From: a virus
Taxonomy: Duplodnaviria; Caudoviricetes
Length of the DNA: 31,920 nucleotides
IMG/VR virus record: IMGVR_UViG_3300006928_000042
Coordinates: 1-31,920 of that record
Reading direction: 5' to 3' (one strand)
The notes beneath the pieces are model-generated. The model was not told where the DNA came from. It did no database searches and saw nothing but the letters and a program-made list of their open reading frames with translations. Both the position numbers and the translations under genes were made by a program. Position 1 is the first letter of the stretch. Each line of letters starts with the position of its first letter. Below are positions 9,140 to 19,600 of the stretch, in pieces.

Positions 9140-9328
9140 CTTTATGCACATGCTCTATTAATGGTAGGATTTAATAGGTGTGGTTCTATTTGTTACTAAC
9201 TTATAAGTGAAAATTCCGCCTTAGAACTAGGCATTAACACCACAACGATTTGATACTTGATAGGTACGTTGGCATTCCTATCAGCATGGTGATCTATTTA
9301 TATACTGGCGGATTCTACCTACGCCATT
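9140..9328 (-). ncRNA. Structured 5' leader/cis-regulatory RNA candidate upstream of scaffold-capsid
   Basis: Five helices plus loop-loop complementarity in an ORF-free gap downstream of a TGtTATAAT promoter. Confidence 0.55.
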
Positions 9329-9334
9329 AAATAT

Positions 9335-9343
9335 ATTATAACA
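9335..9343 (-). promoter_or_regulatory. Extended -10 promoter for scaffold/capsid
   Basis: Minus strand TGtTATAAT in an AT-rich intergenic stretch. Confidence 0.6.
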
Positions 9344-9376
9344 TTTATGATATTAGGTAATAATAAAAAAACGCAC

Positions 9377-10705
9377 TTAAAGTTCTTGTAAACCTGTAAC
9401 ACCAGTCTCAGATATAGCAGTAGTACCTGTTGCAGAGAATATTGTTTCTTCTTCTGATTCTAATTGTTGTTTTAAAAATGCAGCTTCACTATCTCCAAAT
9501 ACTTCTGCTTCTAAAAATTCTGAAGTTCCAAATACTGCTTGACTCTCTCTATATTTTGCAGCTAATCTCCTAAGTCTTGGTAAATTAGTTTCTGCTTTTG
9601 CTGCTAATTGTTGTGCAAGTTGTGAATTAACACCAGCATTAATTAATCTTTGTGATTGTGATAATGTTACATCAACTCCACGTTCTGCAAATGCACCACC
9701 TATTTGTGATATTTTAACTCTGTTTTCTATAATATCTTTACTTATATCTTCATTTATAAAACTAGCAAATATAGCTTCGTCTGTAATCTGATCTTCAGAT
9801 GTAGCAACATTAGGATAGTTTTGTACATAAAATGTTTTGACTGCATCAAACTGTGGGAATAATAAACTATAAGCTGTTGATAATCTTTCTTCTACTTCTT
9901 TTGGTGCTACGTCTTGTTCAAATAGTTGTACAATTTTATTTTCAAATAAATCAGGATTTAAATTGTAATCAGCAAAATAACTTCTATATGCTTCTACATT
10001 AGTTAAATATTGTAGTTCTGGTGTTGCACCCTCTAACCTAAGTGTCTTACCATCTTCTCTAAATATACCAGGAAACTCATCTTTGTATTTTTCTGTTGTT
10101 CTTAATTCACGTATAGCATCATCTGCTTCACCACCATTAGTGTTGTATATAGATATAAATGTTTGCAATAATTCTTCGTCCATCCATGTGTAATTTAATC
10201 TTGCATACTCTTCAATATTAAATTTTTCTACTGGATCTCCTGGTTGTTCAGTCAATTGTGGACCTGTAGGTGGATCGCTTCTACCATCATCTGCTGAACC
10301 TATATCTTCTTCTGCAGATGTACCATCAGAATATATTGTTAGTCTCATCCTACGTCCATTATTAATGTACTCTCTTATAGAAGTTATTGTTACTGGACCA
10401 CCTATACTTGAACCATCTCCTGAACCATCTCCTGAACCATCTCCTGAACCATCTCCTGAACCATCTTCTGAACCATTTCCTTGTCCCTCTCCTTGTCCCC
10501 CTGCATCAGCTAGAGCTTTTAATCTTGTTTCTTGCGCTCTCTTTGCTATAACTCCTGGATCGTTTTGTACTGAAGCTAGAAGATCTGCTGGATTACTGTC
10601 TGCACGTGGTTCTTCATATATTGCAGGTTCTCCTTGTGATTGGAAATACTTAGCTATGAAACTTCCGCTTGGTAACTCTCTTCTTAAAAATGGAAATAAA
10701 ATCAT
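9377..10705 (-). CDS. Putative internal virion/ejection protein with GDGS-repeat linker
   Basis: 442 aa, acidic, helical C-terminal half; ATGA overlap with upstream gene. Confidence 0.55.
   Translation of the reverse strand: MILFPFLRRELPSGSFIAKYFQSQGEPAIYEEPRADSNPADLLASVQNDPGVIAKRAQETRLKALADAGGQGEGQGNGSEDGSGDGSGDGSGDGSGDGSSIGGPVTITSIREYINNGRRMRLTIYSDGTSAEEDIGSADDGRSDPPTGPQLTEQPGDPVEKFNIEEYARLNYTWMDEELLQTFISIYNTNGGEADDAIRELRTTEKYKDEFPGIFREDGKTLRLEGATPELQYLTNVEAYRSYFADYNLNPDLFENKIVQLFEQDVAPKEVEERLSTAYSLLFPQFDAVKTFYVQNYPNVATSEDQITDEAIFASFINEDISKDIIENRVKISQIGGAFAERGVDVTLSQSQRLINAGVNSQLAQQLAAKAETNLPRLRRLAAKYRESQAVFGTSEFLEAEVFGDSEAAFLKQQLESEEETIFSATGTTAISETGVTGLQEL
10409..10480. repeat. 12-bp tandem repeat x6 encoding (GDGS)n
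   Basis: TGAACCATCTCC x4 perfect plus two single-mismatch copies. Confidence 0.95.
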
Positions 10706-11943
10706 TTAACTCTTGAGTTCCACATAGTACCACCTGTTACTCTTTGTCCAGGTTGTCCGAATACTGATTCTAAATCTGCTACTGCTTTGTCTTGATATGT
10801 TTGTGTGCCTAGTTCAGCAGCTATCTCGAATGCAATATCTTCTCTTTCTTTAATATCATTAGTAGCAATAAATCTTGCCCACTCTGATGATGATTCATCA
10901 GGTTCTTGTCCCACTATATTTTTAAATTCGTATCTCCATTGTGGAGCAGCAGTAGAATATTTTTTAACATTAGTACCTTTATATTGTGGATGAGAAGCCA
11001 TAAAAGAATCTTCTAATGATGGTAAGTATGTCTCTGTATACCATAGTGGATTAGCTTCTTTTTCATTAGCTATATTTGTTAAATTTAAATTATCTGATGC
11101 ACCTGGACCAAGTATTGCGTCTATATCAGTAGCTATAGATTGTGTTGCAACAATGACATTTATATCTTCGCCACTAATAGCTGCTTGTACTTCTGGAGGT
11201 AATATACCAGGCAATCTAGGATTTTTAATTTTGTCATATACTAAACTTAAATCTTCATAACCTGGTGTACCATTAACTGAATTAGATACGAGTACATTAA
11301 TTAAATCTGGATCTAAATCTTTGAAACCCGCTAACATCATATCACTTACCACTTTTTCATATTCAGATTGAAAGTTAGCATTATATTGTGCAGGATCTTG
11401 TGCTTTTAATTTTACTGCTTTTCTTTCTGCTGATGTATGGTCTCTATACCAAGTTGTATTCATAAGTTCTGCATCTCTTGGTACTCTACCCTCTTGTGCT
11501 GCCTCAATAGCAACTGCTAAATAATCGTAGTTACCATCTTTATCTGTAGATAATAACCATGGTGCTGTCTTTGCTTCTTCTTTTATTGTCTCTACAAGGT
11601 ACTCATAAGGTGTTGCACCATCAGGTAATTTATCAGCTATATTATATAATTGATTTGTTGTACCAAAATTATAACTACTATTCCACATATCTGTAGTTAT
11701 AAAACCATCAGATTTAACTACTTCTCCGTTTTGTATAATAGTATTAGGAGTTAATGTTTCGTTACCAGGAACTTTTTCTAGTATTTCTAATGGATCTTCT
11801 ATTAAATATTTCCAAGTAAACATACTGCCATCAGGTAACTCAATAAAAGCCATTAGCCAAAAGTTGTTATCTTGTTGTACTACTTCATAATCAGCAGGTA
11901 ATCCTGCTATTAATCTGTTTTGTTCTTTACTTTGTGTTTCCAT
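10702..11943 (-). CDS. Putative internal virion protein
   Basis: 413 aa, acidic; assigned by position only. Confidence 0.5.
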   Translation of the reverse strand: METQSKEQNRLIAGLPADYEVVQQDNNFWLMAFIELPDGSMFTWKYLIEDPLEILEKVPGNETLTPNTIIQNGEVVKSDGFITTDMWNSSYNFGTTNQLYNIADKLPDGATPYEYLVETIKEEAKTAPWLLSTDKDGNYDYLAVAIEAAQEGRVPRDAELMNTTWYRDHTSAERKAVKLKAQDPAQYNANFQSEYEKVVSDMMLAGFKDLDPDLINVLVSNSVNGTPGYEDLSLVYDKIKNPRLPGILPPEVQAAISGEDINVIVATQSIATDIDAILGPGASDNLNLTNIANEKEANPLWYTETYLPSLEDSFMASHPQYKGTNVKKYSTAAPQWRYEFKNIVGQEPDESSSEWARFIATNDIKEREDIAFEIAAELGTQTYQDKAVADLESVFGQPGQRVTGGTMWNSRVK

Positions 11944-13960
11944 ATATAAACGTTTCTAATAGTCTATCAGGTTCATTTTTTGTATTTACTGGTTTTTCAC
12001 GCATAAATGACAATGTACCTTTTAATTTTTCACTTATATTTGTGTTATCAATGCTTGTTGGTAGGTATGCAGATACGTATTGTGTATCTGTTTCTGCATC
12101 CATAATTTTATTTATTAACATATCAGTAGGACTTATTTTTTCTACAACACCCATAATATTATTTAGACGCTCCCAGTCTGGTTCGTATTCTTTTTGATTG
12201 TACGCAGCTACACCATGTGCTGCTCCTAAATTATTCCAATAATTATGTGCGTATGTATTAGCCATATTTTTAAGTTCTGGAGCAGCAGCAATAGTCATTG
12301 CTAAACCTAATACTGCTGTTTCATATATATCTACAAAATCTAGTACACCACCTGGAGTTAATAATTGTGTTCCTAATCTTGTAAGTCTAGTTTTAAATCT
12401 TTTTTTTACTACTTTGTCTACAGGTAAATTGTCAACTTGTTTATTTAAATTATCTACTATATTAGCAAATTCATCTGATTCGTTTGGTGTTAATTGTGAT
12501 TGTGCATTTAAATCAGCTTGTTCAGCAATTTCTTCAGCAGTAAATTCTACAGTACCCTCTGGTTCTGCTAATTCTAAAAATTCATTTAACCTATCTCTAT
12601 CTACTTCATCAACTAATTCATCTGGAATTGTGTCTGGTATATCTACGTCTGGATCTATACCAGTTAAACTATTCTCACCTACATCATCTATTTCATCAAG
12701 TAACTTTTCTTCATCAATAGGACCTATCTCATCTTCTATTTCTGATAAAGATTGTTCAGTCATAGCATCACCATCTGCAAGATCTCCAGTTAATTCTTCT
12801 TCTGCTTCACGTGCTAATCTATTTGATTCATCATCAAGTGTGCTAATATCATCTGGTACATCTACTGCATTCGCATCTATAAATGGTATAACAGCAAAAC
12901 TATCAATATTTTTTACTTTGCTTGCGTTAGCTTGAAACTCTCTTACACCAACTTTATCTATGTTCATTCGTTTTCCATAACCTAAATCATCATTAGGATC
13001 TAAAAATACTACTTCGTATTGTACATTAATAGGTCCTGTTACAAACCCCTCAATGCCAGATTTTCTCAACGCTGCAATAGTATCTATATCTCCTACACCA
13101 GTTATCTGTCTTACTTTCTCTTTTATACTACTTGAGAAACCTTGTGTAGTTAAAGTTGTGAATGGTTTTCCATCAACATAAATATAGTGAGGAAAATCCA
13201 TATCTTTAGTAGCTTCAACTAAATCATCAAAACTAACGCCTGTTTCTTTTGCAAATGTTTGCCAATCTATTTTGCTTATTTGATCTCGCAAACCAACAGA
13301 GTTACCTACTAATGGACCTTTTGTTCCTGCATACTTTCCTGGTCCTATATCTATTAATAAATTATTTGTATCTACTTGTACTTTATAATACGAAGTTAAA
13401 GGTGCATTTGTACCTCCTCCTGTTATTTGTGATAATGATCTACTTCCTACAGGATCTGTATAAAATCCTGGTATCTGATGTACATCTCTACCATATCTAA
13501 TATCTCCTGGATTTACTTTACCTGCACCTTGATGACTTACATAAAACTCTACACTACCTGTAGTGCTTGGATTTAAACCATCATAAAAATTATTAATATA
13601 TCTATTTTGTTCTTCTACAGGTAAATTCTTATAATCTATTATTCCACCTTGCGCTCTAGGAAATTTTTCTGTTAAAAATCTTTGAGTACCCTCAAAGTTA
13701 AACATACCTCTACTAACATGTCCATCTGGCACAGATTTTTCACCTAAATTTTTCCAGTTTATTGTGCTATCAGGAAATTTAGGAAACTCTGGTTGTGTTG
13801 AACCCTCTTTTATAAGCTCGACAATTCTTGCAGCATCTTCTTCTGGAAAACCTTGTGCTTTTGCGAAATCTTCTAAGAAAGTTAAAGGCATAGTTCTTTC
13901 ACCGTAATTGTCTAATGCATCTCCAAATAATTCAATTATATCTTCTATTTGCCAATCCAT
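11927..13960 (-). CDS. Putative internal virion protein with probable ADP-ribosyltransferase-fold domain and acidic linker
   Basis: 677 aa; FYVSHQG...PGFYT...YYKVQV...LRKSGIEGF...QYEVVFLDP followed by an Asp/Glu-rich tract. Confidence 0.5.
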   Translation of the reverse strand: MDWQIEDIIELFGDALDNYGERTMPLTFLEDFAKAQGFPEEDAARIVELIKEGSTQPEFPKFPDSTINWKNLGEKSVPDGHVSRGMFNFEGTQRFLTEKFPRAQGGIIDYKNLPVEEQNRYINNFYDGLNPSTTGSVEFYVSHQGAGKVNPGDIRYGRDVHQIPGFYTDPVGSRSLSQITGGGTNAPLTSYYKVQVDTNNLLIDIGPGKYAGTKGPLVGNSVGLRDQISKIDWQTFAKETGVSFDDLVEATKDMDFPHYIYVDGKPFTTLTTQGFSSSIKEKVRQITGVGDIDTIAALRKSGIEGFVTGPINVQYEVVFLDPNDDLGYGKRMNIDKVGVREFQANASKVKNIDSFAVIPFIDANAVDVPDDISTLDDESNRLAREAEEELTGDLADGDAMTEQSLSEIEDEIGPIDEEKLLDEIDDVGENSLTGIDPDVDIPDTIPDELVDEVDRDRLNEFLELAEPEGTVEFTAEEIAEQADLNAQSQLTPNESDEFANIVDNLNKQVDNLPVDKVVKKRFKTRLTRLGTQLLTPGGVLDFVDIYETAVLGLAMTIAAAPELKNMANTYAHNYWNNLGAAHGVAAYNQKEYEPDWERLNNIMGVVEKISPTDMLINKIMDAETDTQYVSAYLPTSIDNTNISEKLKGTLSFMREKPVNTKNEPDRLLETFIYGNTK

Positions 13961-14070
13961 TATTCAATACCTCTACCAATAATATGGCACCTACATTCAC
14001 AAATAATTTTATGTACCTCTGTATCATCAAGAGGTAAATTAAAACCACAAAAATAACAATTATACTTCAT
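13960..14070 (-). CDS. 36-aa Cys/His-rich putative zinc-binding protein
   Basis: MKYNCYFCGFNLPLDDTEVHKIICECRCHIIGRGIE; TAATG overlap at both ends. Confidence 0.75.
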   Translation of the reverse strand: MKYNCYFCGFNLPLDDTEVHKIICECRCHIIGRGIE

Positions 14071-14864
14071 TATTTACCTTGCTTCATTTGTTCAAATCTG
14101 AATTTATCGTAGCCAATATTTTTAGGTTCATTAGGAAGTAATGTTGTTCCTTTAACAAAATCATTTAATGTTTCTGCAAACTTAGCTGCTTGCTCTTCCA
14201 TACTTTCTTGTACTGGTTTAGCGTATGCAAAATCAAGAATTTTATTTGCAAATTTTGGATTTTCAAAATCTTTTTTTCTCATAAGATTTCCTCCTGTATA
14301 TCTTTCTGCTTGTATTGATTCTGCATCCATCATGAAATCTGAATCTGGTGTAACCATACTAAAGGTTGACCAATTCTCTAAACCATTTGGTCCATCACCC
14401 TCTACATATCCAGATATATAAATAGCTGCAACTGCATTTATAAATGGATTACTTATATTATCTACAAAATCTCTACCATTATCAAATAGTTCTGGAAATA
14501 TTTTTTTAAATCTATCTTCCCAAAAATCATTTATCTGCCACAATCCATAGTCGACAGAGCCATCACTATTTGGTTTACTTACTCTGTTTTGTGAATAACC
14601 TAAACTATAACCACCGTCATGATGTTCAGCTAATGCTACTGCAACTAACTGTTGCATTGCAGATGGATCATCTGTATTTAATACAAACTCTCTTTCATCA
14701 TTAGGATTATATTCAGATGTAGATAAGTTTTTAGATTTTACATAATTGTCTGCAAATACTAAATAAGAATATAATCTTTCAGGTGTGTATTGTTCTTTAT
14801 CTGGTTGATCTGGTGCAAATGATAACCCATTAGCCATTATCAACCCTATTATAAATAATCTCAC
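14070..14864 (-). CDS. Lysozyme-fold peptidoglycan hydrolase, probably virion-associated (start may be ATG 14837)
   Basis: AVALAE catalytic helix, NSDGSVDYGLWQIN hairpin, NPFINAVAA and G...WSTF motifs. Confidence 0.85.
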   Translation of the reverse strand: MRLFIIGLIMANGLSFAPDQPDKEQYTPERLYSYLVFADNYVKSKNLSTSEYNPNDEREFVLNTDDPSAMQQLVAVALAEHHDGGYSLGYSQNRVSKPNSDGSVDYGLWQINDFWEDRFKKIFPELFDNGRDFVDNISNPFINAVAAIYISGYVEGDGPNGLENWSTFSMVTPDSDFMMDAESIQAERYTGGNLMRKKDFENPKFANKILDFAYAKPVQESMEEQAAKFAETLNDFVKGTTLLPNEPKNIGYDKFRFEQMKQGK

Positions 14865-16663
14865 TAACCAATAATATCACTCATCCTGTCAATTGAATAG
14901 GTTAAATATGAAAGATTTCTAGCATCTTCATCTGCTTTAGCTTGTGCTTGTATTTCAGGTTGTAATGTCTGTTCTATACGTTCAGCAGTTCTAACTCCTG
15001 GACTATCAGGCACTTGTAATTTGCTTTCTGGCATCATTCTTCTTCTTACTAAATCTAAATTTCTATCATACTCAACAGCAGCATTTGCATAGTCTTGTTC
15101 TGAATCTTTATAGAAATCCATAAAAGCTGCCATTTCTCCTGTAGTCATATTTGTTCTACCACCTGCTGCACTAATTGCAGTCTGTACTGCTTCTTTAACT
15201 GCTAAAGGTCCTGCTGATGGATAAACTAAAGGATATATAATTGGTCTATTTTTATAATCTTCTATTGCTCCTTGTAAGTATGGTCCTACCTTTTCTAACT
15301 TATAGTTAGCTTCTGTCATAGCTTCTTTCATTGCTGCTCTTGTTTGCAAACCCCATGTACCTGCTTCTGAATAGTAAGCATCTGGTGATAACATTCCTGC
15401 TTGCATTAATTGTAACTGTATAGCTTGTTGTTCATCAGGAGGTAAACTAATCCAATTAATTTTTCCCTCTGCTGGATCTCCAGCAATGTGATCAAATCCT
15501 CTATATAAGTTATCTACACCGTAATCACTTACTGTGAATTGTTCTTTAGTATCTTTTGCAAATCCCTCTACAGTAGGTTCTTGTACTTCTGCTTCTATAT
15601 TTTTAAATATAAAATGATCTGATGGTAAACTTCCAAATACATCTGTATTTCCTATATCTTCAAATAATAATTGTTGTTTATATTGATTAAAACTTTCTGT
15701 TCTTTCTGCTTCAGTTGTTCCTGTTAATTGTATAGGAGGTGTGTTTTGACCTATTAGACTTTCTGCTTGTTCTGCTGATAAAAACTCTTGTTTAAAATCT
15801 TCAAATTCTCCTGTTATTGGATTTATAGTATATGTCATGTAATAAGTATTACCTGTTGCAACATTAGTTGCTACACCAGATTCATCAACATTATCTTTTA
15901 ATGAAACGAATGATCCTGGTTTTGGTTTATAAGTGTTTGCATCTTCTGGTTTAATAAATTCTGGATAGTAATATACTTCAGCATCATTAGCACCAAATAA
16001 TTTAAGTCTTGGTAAAGTATATTGCAATGCTATATTATCTGTTCCACGACTAGAAAATGTTTGTTGGATTGATGGTGAAGTGTAAAATAAAAATCCTGAT
16101 CCACCTTTTGGTTTAGCTATTATTGCTGCTTTACCTGTTTCGTCAACAAATTCATTAACTTGTTCTTTTAAAAAGTTTCTATAAGTTGATGATTCTTCTG
16201 CATTTACAGGACTTACACCAGTAGCTAAATCAACACCACTATTAATTGATTGAACAAAATCTACAGGTAAAGTGTATTTATACCTAGGTCCTGAAAAAGA
16301 ATAACTTTGATATTCGTTTACAAATTCTGCTTCTCCAGGAATAAAATTTTCTAATACTGATAAAGAATCTTCAACAACTTGAACATTGTCAGCATAAAAA
16401 GAATCTAAAGAAGCATTGTTTTCATTGTTATTCATTGCATCATAAACTTCTAAAGTTGTAATTATTTGTGCAATAAATTGAGTATCAGAAATATCTTTAG
16501 TAATTAAACTATTCAAATTTGTAATTAAATTGTCATCTATTCGTGAACTACTTGTTAATTGCTCTATTGAACCAGCAGTAGTTTGTGAACCATAAGGCAT
16601 TTTAATTACACTTCTGTTAGCTAATACTGCTTCTATTAGCGCTTCTTTATATCCATCTTCCAT
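14864..16663 (-). CDS. Putative internal virion protein with possible peptidoglycan-binding helix motif
   Basis: 599 aa; IQLQLMQAGML...GTWGLQTRAAMKEA resembles the PG-binding-1 motif; adjacent to the lysozyme gene. Confidence 0.5.
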   Translation of the reverse strand: MEDGYKEALIEAVLANRSVIKMPYGSQTTAGSIEQLTSSSRIDDNLITNLNSLITKDISDTQFIAQIITTLEVYDAMNNNENNASLDSFYADNVQVVEDSLSVLENFIPGEAEFVNEYQSYSFSGPRYKYTLPVDFVQSINSGVDLATGVSPVNAEESSTYRNFLKEQVNEFVDETGKAAIIAKPKGGSGFLFYTSPSIQQTFSSRGTDNIALQYTLPRLKLFGANDAEVYYYPEFIKPEDANTYKPKPGSFVSLKDNVDESGVATNVATGNTYYMTYTINPITGEFEDFKQEFLSAEQAESLIGQNTPPIQLTGTTEAERTESFNQYKQQLLFEDIGNTDVFGSLPSDHFIFKNIEAEVQEPTVEGFAKDTKEQFTVSDYGVDNLYRGFDHIAGDPAEGKINWISLPPDEQQAIQLQLMQAGMLSPDAYYSEAGTWGLQTRAAMKEAMTEANYKLEKVGPYLQGAIEDYKNRPIIYPLVYPSAGPLAVKEAVQTAISAAGGRTNMTTGEMAAFMDFYKDSEQDYANAAVEYDRNLDLVRRRMMPESKLQVPDSPGVRTAERIEQTLQPEIQAQAKADEDARNLSYLTYSIDRMSDIIG

Positions 16664-19600
16664 TATGTCTCCATACTATTTGGTAAATACATACCATATT
16701 CTGCGTATACATTTTCATCATATATCATATCTTCTAAAAAGTCTTGTCTCTCTGCTATATATGGTAGCAATACTCTTTGTGCAACAAAGTAAAAATCATC
16801 ATTACGCATAGTTAATCTAGCAATTTCATCTCTTAAAAATTTACGTTCTTTAATATATTTTCTGGAAGATCTCCAACCATCTTGACTATAACCCTCTGCA
16901 AATGATTTCTTACTAAACAAATCAAATAAACTTAGAATACGTTTTACATCTTGTCCTACTCTTGTATTAGATAATTTAGGTTCATTTACCCATTTACCTA
17001 ATTCTTCTACTTGTAATTCTACATTTACAGTTGCAGGTAAACCAACTATAGTTTGGTCATATCCAGGAAACTGTTCTCTAGCATTAATTTGTTGAAGAGA
17101 TAAGAATCTATTTCTTTTTCTGTTTTGTTGTGGATCATTTATATTAAATATTTCTAATGATTGTACTCTTTGATTCTCCATATAAAACTCACCTAAAGAT
17201 TGATTTCTTTTAGCTAACCATTCGTCTGCACTAAGTGGTTCTCTTGTTTCATTTATAATTGTATTTATATATGCTTCATAATTAAATGCACCACCTCCAC
17301 CTTTAGGTATAGCAAATTGTGCTGTAAATCGATAGTCTTTAAATAAATCAGGATTGTTTCTTTCAAACTCTGCTCCCTTTTCATCTACTGGTCTTGGCTC
17401 TATAACAATTGATTTAGGTTGTACTATATCTATAGGATTAAAACCAAATCTTTCTATAAAGTGTTTTGTCGCTCCATAGTTATCTCCTGGCGCAAACTCT
17501 AATTGATTAGTTCCCTCTATAGTAGGAGGTGTATCTAAAATCTGTCTATAGTAATCTGACAAAGATTGCATTGCCCATACTGTTCCATTATTCTTTGGAT
17601 CATGTATTTCGTACCTAGCATTTAATCCAGTAGGTCCAATAAATTGTGAAAACGCTTTTACCATTGTTAACCAAGCGCTAGTTGTTTTTGCTCTCTGCAT
17701 TAACTCTGCTTGTTTTTCTGGTGTACTGTCATCTTCTCCATTTGCTTTTAACAATCTATATACGTCTATTTGTGAATTTATTTGTACACGTTTAATTTCA
17801 TCTGTAGGTGCGTCTGTACCATCTTCTTGAAAACCTCTAATAGCTCTCCAGGCATTTCTCATCCACGCTGGAATACCTGCTGATCTAATAAAGTCTCCTG
17901 CGTTCTGTACGTCAGGTAAACCATAAGGAAAGACAACTTTTTTAAAATTATCAAATGTAGGATTACCTCCAAGAAATGCAGAGAAAGGTATAGCTACCAT
18001 AGGTCCTACACCTGGTATTACATTTAATGCTAAGTTAAGAGAACTAGCATAACCAGGTAATCTAATGTCTGCTTTCCTATCTTCTCCTAATGCTAGATTA
18101 CTAACTAACTCACCACTAAATGGATAATAAAATACTTCTTCACCAGTAACATCATCTTGTGCTAAAAATCCCTCTCCCTCTACAGGACTAAATGGATTTT
18201 CTTTTCTTGCTGCATTAACTACGTTTTGTCCTTTTCTAATTACTTCTGGATTTTCTGCTATTAGTTTTGCCCAGGTAGTCATAATTTCTTTATATGCTTG
18301 TCCGAATGGAAATATAGCACGCATGTTGTAAAAGAATTTATTATTTTTAGATAAGTCATACAGTAAATCTTCTACACCTTGTAATGCAACTGCTTTAGCA
18401 ACTGTGTCTATTTGGTCAAAAGATGTTGCGTCATTTGTAAAACCTGATGCTTTGTATAATTTATTTCTTTCTCCATAATATTGTTCTTTTCTTCTTTCAA
18501 ATTTTCTTTCTATGTTCAATTCTAATTTATCTAATCTCTCATTTATTTGTCCTCTAATATTATCTACTTGTGATTTCTTTTTATTTAAAGCTGCTGTGTG
18601 ATCTTGTAAAACTTCAGTTGCTGCATCTATAAACTTTTGTCCTTTTTCTAATTCTGCTTCAAAAAACTTTACATTTGCTTCTCCTAAATTGTTGGCAATT
18701 TCATCTCCTTTTTCATTAAATTCTTTATTTAATTTTTTCCAAGCGCTTTTCTTTTGTGCCTTTGTAGTTTCTAAAAATGCTTCTAATTCAGGAACTGCAT
18801 CAAAATATCCATCTTTAACATTTTGTCTTAACTCTGCAAGAGTTTCTGAATACAAATTATTCCACTCTGTTTCAGTAATTTTTATATTATCTAAGTCATT
18901 AAATAATACTGATAGCTCCATATCCCCAAATTTATCTGATGCACCTCTTTCATATATGTCTCTCAATACTTCATACTCTTGTACATATTCATTAGTTTCA
19001 AATTTTGGAGTTTCTCGTGCAACATAATTATCTAATCTATCTTGCATATTTTTTATATTTCTATTTATTCTGCTGATAGAACCTCTAAGACGATTGATGG
19101 TAGTAGGCATCTTTGGTTTATTTTTACGAGGAGAGTAAGTCTGTATACCTGCTTTTTTCTTAGCATAGCCCAGTAATTCGTGTTCAAAGTTGTCTGCTGG
19201 ATAACGAGCTTCCATGTTACTTAATTTGTGTTCACGCTCACTACCAATTATTTTTAATTCTTTTTCACGCAACTCATCTATCTTTTTATCATATTTTATT
19301 TTTCTTTGAGGAGATATTTTTCTTGATTTCTTTCCTTGTTTAACAATTAAATCTTCACTTATATCATAATCAGCAAACATACCCAAAGAATATTTTTGAC
19401 CTTTACCTAACCAATATTTATTACCTTGAAACTCTTCTAGTTCATTTAAGTATTCTCTTTTTATTTTTGTAAATTCTTTTTGTAATTTATTAATGTCTTT
19501 TTGAAAATCTACAGATACATTACCTGCTGCTGCATCTATTTCATCTAACTTTTTAATTTGCTTTTTAAACATATCTAAATTAATAGTTGTATCTTGTTTA

